Positions 56,010 to 64,000 of a stretch of DNA of 64,000 nt are shown here, piece by piece (the first letter of the stretch is position 1; every line of letters starts with the position of its first letter). The position numbers and the translations under genes were made by a program. The stretch spans positions 124,001 through 188,000 of the forward strand of contig JAPMXV010000050.1 in the NCBI GenBank assembly GCA_026936335.1, given 5' to 3'. This DNA comes from Mantamonas sphyraenae STR306 (Eukaryota > Protista > CRuMs). The notes beneath the pieces are model-generated. The model saw only the letters and a program-made list of their open reading frames with translations, did no database searches and was not told the DNA's origin.

Positions 56010-56077
56010 ATCGAACAAGATGTGTCCATTTCTCCTCTTCCTCTGCATTGCTGCTCCACACAACACACACTCTGCTC

Positions 56078-59000
56078 TCACGTGCTCAGCTGGCAAATCA
56101 GTGCGGTGCCCTGCAGCGTCCAATACTCGGGATCCTCCTTGTCCTGGGGCAGATCGATGGCCAACACAAAGTTGGTGGACAGACCCGTGGTGCTGAGCAC
56201 ACCCGCACGTGCGCTGGTCTTGTACAACGGACACTGGTAACTCTCCGGATCACGCACATACCCGCTGCTGGGCAACAGATACACCACAGGCATCTCCGAA
56301 TACACGTCTCCCGGCTCGGCATCTGTCAGCACGTGGTTCTCCGCATCCCATCGTCCGGCCTCCAGGTACATGCCGTCGACAAACACGCCGTCCTGCGGCG
56401 CCACCAGTGAGTGACGCGGCTGATCCATGACCTCAAACTGAAACTCCAGCTGGTCGATGGCCAGCTTGTAGGTGCGTGCGTGTCGCTGCAGCACACCCGT
56501 GAGGAAACCCTGCGGGAAGAAGAAGTAGCTGATGCAGTACACGGTGGGTGCACCGTTGCGCAGCCAATCGCGCATAAACGCCACACGCTCCACCAGATTC
56601 GTCACCCACGATCCCAGCGGCTTCATGCTTGTGTATGCGTTTTCCTGCCACCTCTCCGGCACCTGGTTCGACAGCAACGAGTTGAACATCGTCTCCAACT
56701 CCGCGCTCATCACCTCCTCGCCCACAATTGCACGTCGCAGACGCACCAGCGTGCTACGCAGCACGGCAAGCAGGTTGTTGTACCGCACCATCTCCTGGCT
56801 CAACGCCGTGGCCAACGAATCCATCTGACCCGTCTCCGTCACCGCAAACGTGTGCTGTCCGGCCTCGTCCATGTCCAAATCCGCAGGCAACAACTCCAGA
56901 ATGTTCCCTGCCAGCGTGTGCACCATCTCCTCCGCCTTGCCCGACGCACTGCCACCGCCACGTGTCACACGCGGCTGCATCTGCACAATGGTGTTCACCA
57001 GCCGCGAGCTCTCCTGCAATTGGAACACCATGTCTGCGTTCTCGCTCATGCCAAACAGCTCCGGCGCATCCGTGGCCGGCATGTCGTTGACCCACGCACG
57101 GTACTGCTCCAGCGTGCCCACCGCAGGGCTGCTGTACTGCTCGCTCACCGTTGCGTACGCGTAGCCCTCCTCCAACACCACCGGGTTGTAAAAGTTGTCC
57201 AGGATGCTCATCATGCACCGCCTGTCCCAATCGTCCGTCACACGTCCGCCGTACAGGATGTCTCCCGTCAGCGAACGCAACGCCTTCCACGGAATGTCCT
57301 CCTCCGTCATGTCGTCCGTCATCCCCTCCAGCAGCATGCGCAGCGCCACCAACGACACGTCCAGGTCGCTCTGGTTGAACTCGTACCGGATGTTCCATCC
57401 CAACGGCCCAAACTTGCGCCGCTCCTGGATCACCGCGTTGAAGAAGGCCAACGAGTACAGCAGCTTCTTCCACACCTTGGGCCTGCGTGCGCTCTCAAAC
57501 ATCGTCTCGTTAAAGTCGGCAAACGTCCGCGCCATGTTGGCCTTGATGCCACGCGGAGGCTCGTGCGTGAGCTTGATCCCATTCTGCAGCACACTCACGG
57601 GGAAATCCTTGCTCGGCATCGATGTCAACCACAGTCGGAAGCTCGGGTGCAACGCCTCGTCCCACTGCAAATCGTTCACAATCTTCTCCAGCTCGGGCAT
57701 CCACGACGTCGCCAGATGGCAGTTCTGCAACAACACCCAATCGCCCGACTTGCGCGCCCCTCGAATCATCTCCGACGCATACTCGCCCTGGCCCTGGCCC
57801 AACGATCGCATCTGCATGCGATCGCCCATCTCCATGTCGCCCGCAAACCGCTTCAGGAAGCCCACCGGGTCTGCTCCCGTCGACAGCACAAAGATCACCG
57901 GCGTGTTCGGGCTCGTGTCCGGATACACCTTTTCCAGGCTCAACGGCATGTTCTCTCCAAACTCCTCGCCCAACGAGCGGATGGTAAACTCCCGCGTGGC
58001 GTACACAAGCTTCTCCTCGCGGATGGCACGCAACAGCAGCAGCTTCTGGAACGGCGTCAGCGCACCCTCCCACGGCTGCGGCAGCGGCTCTGCGTACGGC
58101 AGCTCCAGATCCTGCCACTCGTACCACGCCTTGTTGTCCTTGGCCATCGAGGCAGGCAGCTCTCCAAACACCTCGGGGAACTGTTCGCTCAGCGTGCACA
58201 CAAAGTTCCACTCCTTCGCACTGATCCATCCGGGGTCCGGGTTCACAGGACGTCCCTCCACCACACCCGCACGCATCACGGCGCCACGCACAAGCAGGTT
58301 CCACTCCTCCGTGCTCACCTCGCCTGCCTGCCGTTGGATCTGCGACGCAATCAGAAACGCAAACATGGGCTTGTGGCTCTCAAACAGGCCGCGGCAAATG
58401 TTGCGATAGATCGAACGCGTCACGTTGGTGTTCAGCATGTCCAGGCGCGTTTCCAGATCGTCGCTCTCCTCCGTCTTGCGCAACACCATCGTAAACAGCT
58501 GCGTAAAGTACTGCAGCGAATACTGGTACATCGGATCCACCGCTCCCATGTCCGCCGTCACAAAGTACAGCAGCGAGCCACGTTCCGCCACGCTGCGGTA
58601 CTTGTCGTACGACACCGCCAGGCTGGCTTCGATTTCCTGCGTCTCCTTCAGTCGGTTCTGAATGATCACAGCCGTCATTTTGGCCTCGTTCAGCGTGTTG
58701 ATCATCGTCTCGTCGTCCAGGATCGACGTCTCCTCGCCCCCCTGGTTCAGCAGACGCAGGATGGTGTCTTCGATGTCCTCCACCTTTTTCTTGTCGTTGG
58801 AAATCGTCTCCACCAGGTGGTTCTTCTGCTTCTCCAGCTCCGGACGCTCGTGGGCCACCGTGTGGTTCACCAGCTGTTCCTGCAGTCCCTCCATCGTCAC
58901 CGTAAAGTTGATGATGGTCACCTTGTTGCACACGTCCGGCAGGTAGTGCGGGTTGCTCAGCGGCGTCGTCATGTAGAACTTAAAGTCCAGGTCGTAGTCG

Positions 59001-62000
59001 ATGTCCTGGTCGCCCAGGCGCAGCAGGTGCCTCTGTCCCACCTTGACCACCTCCTGGTTCAACAGCGGCTCCAGCGCAGGATCCAACTCCTCGCCGCAGT
59101 CTTCCAGCAGCACAGGCTTGCCGTTGTGGATGCACGCCTCCAACGTGCGCAACACGTTGTCCGACGAAGGCTTGAGCACCGTCAAGCGATCCCCTTCCAT
59201 CTGCTTGATCCACCTGTTGGCTTGCTTCTGCGGATCAATCATCAGGGGCCAGCGGCGACCCTGCGTCACCATGATGGCGTTGTCGATGCTCACCGTGTCC
59301 GTGGGCAGTCCCTCCACATTCCACTGTCGGATGTCCACCGCCTTGCTCAGCGTGTGCCGCAGCGAAAAGTCCGCGCTGATCGGGATGCTGTGTGATTCGC
59401 ACCACTCCACCCACTTGCTCACCATCTCCGCACGGTACGGCCCTGTGAACGGACCGCAGTACGCAACCGCCGCCGCGCTGACAAACACGTCGCCCACAAG
59501 GAACGTCATGCTCTCCTGCAGGCCAGCCGCCGTCTCGCTCCATCGCTCCTGTTCGTCAGCCAGTGCCGTCGTCAGCTTGCTTGCGCGTCGCAGACGCTGT
59601 GCCGTCACCTCCAGGTCCTGCTGGTGCGACACCTTGTCTGCCAGCGACATTTCGTACGAGCGACGCAGGTCGTTGAGTTTGCGTTCGATTTCCATCAGCT
59701 GCTGCTGCTTCGACGCAAGCTTGTCCTGCGACTGCTTCAGGTGCACCTCTGCCTCTGCCACACGCCTGCGTTTCGGCTCCACCTTCTTTGCACGCGTGGC
59801 ATACTCGTCGATGGCACGCACCCACATGCACAGCGAGTACGCCGCCTCCGACGACTCGCGGATCGCACGCGGCTGGAAATCGGGGTCGTCCACGTACTTG
59901 CGCAGGCGCCGCAGCACCTGGTCGCTGATGCCCTCCTTGTTGTAGTTCAACAGCTTGTACGCAAACTTGGTGTCCGTCAGGATGCGCTTGCTCGTCTCCC
60001 AATCCGGCTTGCGTTGGAACAGGATGCACACCGCTTCCATCACCATCTTCACCAGACGCGGCGGCGTCTTGAACGACTTGATTTCACCAATGTCTTCTTG
60101 TCCAGCTCGTTGACCGCCTTGGCTGCAGCCTCAAACGCAGGCATCACCTGGTCCAGCTCCAACTTGGCCTCCTGCGCCACCATTTCAATCTCCTGCGTTT
60201 GCTGCTTCACCATCGCCTCTTCTGACTGCACCACCTTCTTCAACTGGTCCGTGTTGTCCTGCGACACCGCCAGCTGCTGCAACAGCTGCTCCGTGTGCGC
60301 CGCCTTCTCCTTCAGAATCGGCTGCTGCGTGTTCAGATGCTTCTCCATGCGGAACACGTCCTCGTTCGCCTCTTGCAGTCGCTTCAACCCGTTCAGCAAC
60401 CTGTCACGCGCCTGTCCAATCTCGTCTCGCTTGCTCTCCAGCAGCGTCAGGTACAGGTTGATCAGTTCCAGGTAGCTCTTGGGCGTCGTGTAGAAGCGGC
60501 GACGCAGCTCGGCGAAAGAACTCCTCCGCCTGTTCCGTCACAAACAGATGCATGTCCACACACAGCCTGGCAATGTCCGACTTCATCTGTGCGCTGCCCA
60601 GATCGGTGTCCTGCAAAAAGTGTTGCGACACACTCAGCAGCGCCTCCTCGGGCCACGGGTCGAACCAGTCGATGGTGCAGCAGTTGATCAGCGACGGAAA
60701 CTGTCGGTTCCACTCGCGGAAGTTGCTGCCCACGGGACTCATACACAGCACCACGTGCAGGTTCTCCTTGACACGCTCGATAAAGTGCCTGTAGATCGAA
60801 TCCTGTGTCTCGGGCAGACCCAGCGCGTGCACCATCGGCCGCACATCCGAAATCACCTTGTCCAGGTCCTCCGCCTCAAACAGATGCGGCACCTCGCCAC
60901 TGTTCAGGATCATGTTCACATCCTCCAGGAAGGACGTCTCCCGAATCTTTGTGTCCGGAAACAGAAAGACCACCGGCTCGCCCAGCACGCCTGCCGTCAG
61001 GTACAGCGAGCGCAGATCCTCGTGAAAGTCCGCCTGGGCGTAGTTCTTCCTCCCCTGGATCTCCTTGCAGTGGTACTCCATGATGCCACACGCCAAGCGC
61101 GTCAGACTCTGCTTGCCGCAGCCGCCCACACCCACCAGCATGGCGTGGCCGCTGGGCTGACGCAGCACGCGGCAGATGCGGCACACGTGGTCGATGGCAT
61201 CCTGGAAGAACACCAGGTTCATCTCCTGCGAGTGGTCTGTGTTGTACTCCACCAGGTACTGCTCCAGCACCTTGAGCAGACGCTCCTTGTCTTGGATCTC
61301 CTCGTACGTGCGCTCGTCGCGCGAGACGCCAAAGCGCATGAAATCGCCAAACAGGATGCGTTCCTCCTCAAACAGCGCCTCGTGGCTCCATTTCACGTTG
61401 AAATGCTTGCGCAGCATGTCCACCAGCAGTTCCGTAAAGAAGCGCCTGTCTTCGTTGTTGATCAGGCGATCGTGGAACACGCGCATGTTTTCGTGCACCC
61501 ACAGACGAATCATCGACTCGCTGCCCTCCAACGAACGCAAGTCCGCACTCAGGATGCCCTGGTACATCTTGCCCATGTCGCGCAGGTTGAACGTGTAGTG
61601 TGACTTTTCGGGTCGCGGCCGCAATCCCTCCTTGATCTTCACAAACACATCCACACCTCCGTGCACCAGCGGCTTCACCAGCTGCTGCAGGTCGTAGTCG
61701 GCGCCCTTGAGCCATCCGCCCACAATGGCCGAAAAGATGGTGCGCATCGAATCCTCCGACGTGGCCGGGATGTTGTACATGTTGAAGTGACGGAAGAAGC
61801 GCGGCGTCACCTCGTTGCGTCCTCCACCGGGCGGTGCACACGCAGCCACAATCAACACGTCGATCACATTCTTCCACGTCCACTCCTCGCGGTCGTAGAA
61901 GCCGCCAAAGTCCAGGTACTGACGCAGCAGTTCGATCGGCGGCTGTGCGCCGCTCTCTTCACGGAACGGCATGTTGATGTCGTCCACAAACAGCACCAGC

Positions 62001-64000
62001 TTCTTGCCTGCCGGGGGTCCAAACACGTTGCGTCCACGCTTGCCGTAGTTGTCCTCAATGGCCTGCTGCACACTCTGTGCACTCGTGCGTGCCGAAAAGT
62101 GCAACGTCACATACTTGTACGGCGACTTGTCTTCCTTGCCCTCGTCTGTGCCCGGCAACAAAAGACGCCCTGCGCCTCCGCCTGCGCCTCCGCCACCGCC
62201 ACCGCCGTTGCCACTGGCTCCGTCGTTGCCATCCTCGCCGTTCTTGGCTTTGCCCTTGCCCTTGGCGTCGGCCTCGCCACCCTTGAGCAACTGCTGCCAG
62301 TTGGCCGTGGTCATGCCGCCCATGGCCATCTGTGCATTGGCAGCGCGTGCGGCTGCGCGTTCGGCCAGCTTCTTGGTGGCCTTGCGGAAAAAGTCGTCTG
62401 CAATCACACTCTTGCCTGTGCCTGTGACACCCGTGAGCAACACGTGGCGATCCACACGCAGGCAGGCTTCCATCATGTACTGGTAGCGCAGGGTGTCCAC
62501 AGTGGGCACCAGCACCTGGTGCGACGGCGTGGCCGGATCGTACTCAAACGACGGCAACACGTCCGCCCAGCTCATCCACACCGCATCCCCGTCCGCGTCC
62601 ACTTCCACAAAGTAGTCAAAGACCGTGTCTTGCGGCGGGATGACCACGTCTGCAAACAGCCCACGTGCCCAGTCGTCAAACAATTGCCGCGACTGTTCCG
62701 TCAGGTTGCCACCCATGCTCCAGATAAACGCAAACGTAAACATGCGCGTCACCATCACCATCATGCGCTGCTCGTCCTCCTCTTCGTCGTCACTCTCCAT
62801 GTCCATCAGCGCATTGCCACGCGCACGCAGTGCGGCTGCACCCGCTGCAGACACGCCGTTGGTGCCACCCCGCCGACGACGACGACGACGACGACGATCC
62901 CACACCGCCGCCATTGCCTCCGTTGCCGCCTCCCAGTGCCTGTCCCGGTCCATCGTCGTCCCAGATCGACGTTGTCTTGCGACGTCCGCCGTCTTCGTCC
63001 TCCTCGTCCTCCTCCACGGGCGGATGGATGGTTTGCATCGGCGTGTCGTACTGCAACAGCACCGACTCGAGCATGGAACACAGCGACACAACCATGTTGA
63101 AGGGTGTCACGGGCACTTCGTTCGTGCACTTGCTCGACACAAAGTACAGGCCCCTGTCCACAAACTCCTCAAACAGGCCGTAGAACTGCTCACGCACGCT
63201 TTCCGTAAACAGAGTCACGCGTGTGTCCATCCACGTGCGCACGTACGGGCGCCACCCGATGGTGTCTTCGGGCATGTACACCATGCCGCAGCGTGACACC
63301 GTGGCCGGCGAGGCCTTGTGCAGGTCTTCCACCTCAAACAGCATGTGCATGGTGTCGATGAGGATGATGCGGTCGCCGTTGGGCAAACACAGCACGCGCG
63401 AGTCGTCCAGCACCGAGTTCATGTTTTCGATCCAGTTGGCATCCACGGGGCCGTCAAACACAACCCACTTCACAAAGTTGTTCTCCTCCACGTCCAGGCA
63501 CGCCTCGGTGATGGCCGACATCACACCAGGCTTAAAGTCCTTGGTCACCTCCGACGATTCGCCGTACAGCTCGCCCAAGGAGATGGCCTTGGGGTTCAGC
63601 ACGTACGTTTGCACCTCGTTGTACGGCAGATTCGGGTTCACGCCCTCGTGTCCCGATCGCTCGTGCAGCATCGTCATGGCCTGCTGCAGCGTCTGGTAGC
63701 ACGTTGTCTTGCCGCTCATGGTAGGGCCAATCAGCATCACGCCAAAGCGCGACTGCAGCGTCTCGTGCAGCTGGAGCACCTTGTCGATGAACGCCCCCTT
63801 GGGCTGCAGGTGGTTCATCTGCAGCACCTCCTCGATGGCGTCCTTCATCTCGCCCTGGTTCTTGGCGGGCAGCTCCGTGGTGGGGAACAGGTCCTTGATG
63901 ATGTGTTCAAACAGCACCACGTCCTCCTGCAGGAACTTGGGGATGTTGTTCTCCTTCATCGCCCGGATCAGCACCTTTTCCTCCTCCATGCCCTTGTTGG
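56078..64000 (-). CDS. Axonemal dynein heavy chain (single-headed inner-arm type, DNAH6-like), 5'-partial; frameshifts at ~62870, ~60515 and ~60093
   Basis: P-loops GPTMSGKT, GVTGTGKS and GVGGCGKQS. Also FDGPVDANWIENMNSVLDD, FPSLINCCTIDWF, RWPLMIDPQ, WVLLQNCHL and CPLYKT...LSTTG.STNFV. Confidence 0.96.

Noticed and set aside
22920-62880. Programmed ribosomal frameshifting or RNA editing as the cause of ~10 frameshifts (CEP192, TRAF, SAM-TPR, dynein)
   Set aside because: The shifts go in both directions, share no motif, and mostly fall in short homopolymers (GGGG, TTT, AAA, or GG read as G). This is typical of long-read consensus indels. Polishing would settle it.
1-64000. tRNA, rRNA, viral or transposase genes
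   Set aside because: None recognised. Nearly all sequence is accounted for by protein genes, introns and short spacers.

Overview
Very gene-dense, GC-rich nuclear DNA from an intron-poor flagellated eukaryote (a protist; the lineage cannot be assigned from the sequence). It uses the standard genetic code and GT-AG introns clustered near gene 5' ends. About 19 protein genes lie mostly on alternating strands, with spacers of tens to a few hundred bp. Recognisable genes: a CLC Cl-/H+ antiporter, mitochondrial HSP60, CEP192/SPD-2, SFR1/Mei5, two RACK1 copies forming a ~1.95 kb inverted repeat around a 10.8 kb block, TLS1/C9orf78, SLY1, an MFSD2-like transporter and a partial axonemal dynein heavy chain. 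The standout is a five-exon gene (111-9998, ~3095 aa) that the ORF track shows only in pieces. It encodes a signal peptide, an acidic pro-region and ~2900 aa of protamine-like Arg/Lys-rich sequence. That region holds a repeated C..P-x8-W-x2-[YF]-x3-C module, two short acidic VQDS spacers and four GDPH-containing VWD-like domains, so it is a candidate secreted, self-processing polycationic polyprotein. Other notable genes: a gustatory-receptor-like 7TM channel, an LRR-ankyrin-multi-TM protein, an LRR-ankyrin-F-box-like-CaaX protein, a B-box-RING-TRAF-SH3 ligase and a His-rich methyltransferase. About ten single-base frameshifts look like long-read consensus errors. All family calls come from motif recognition by eye; no database searches were run.
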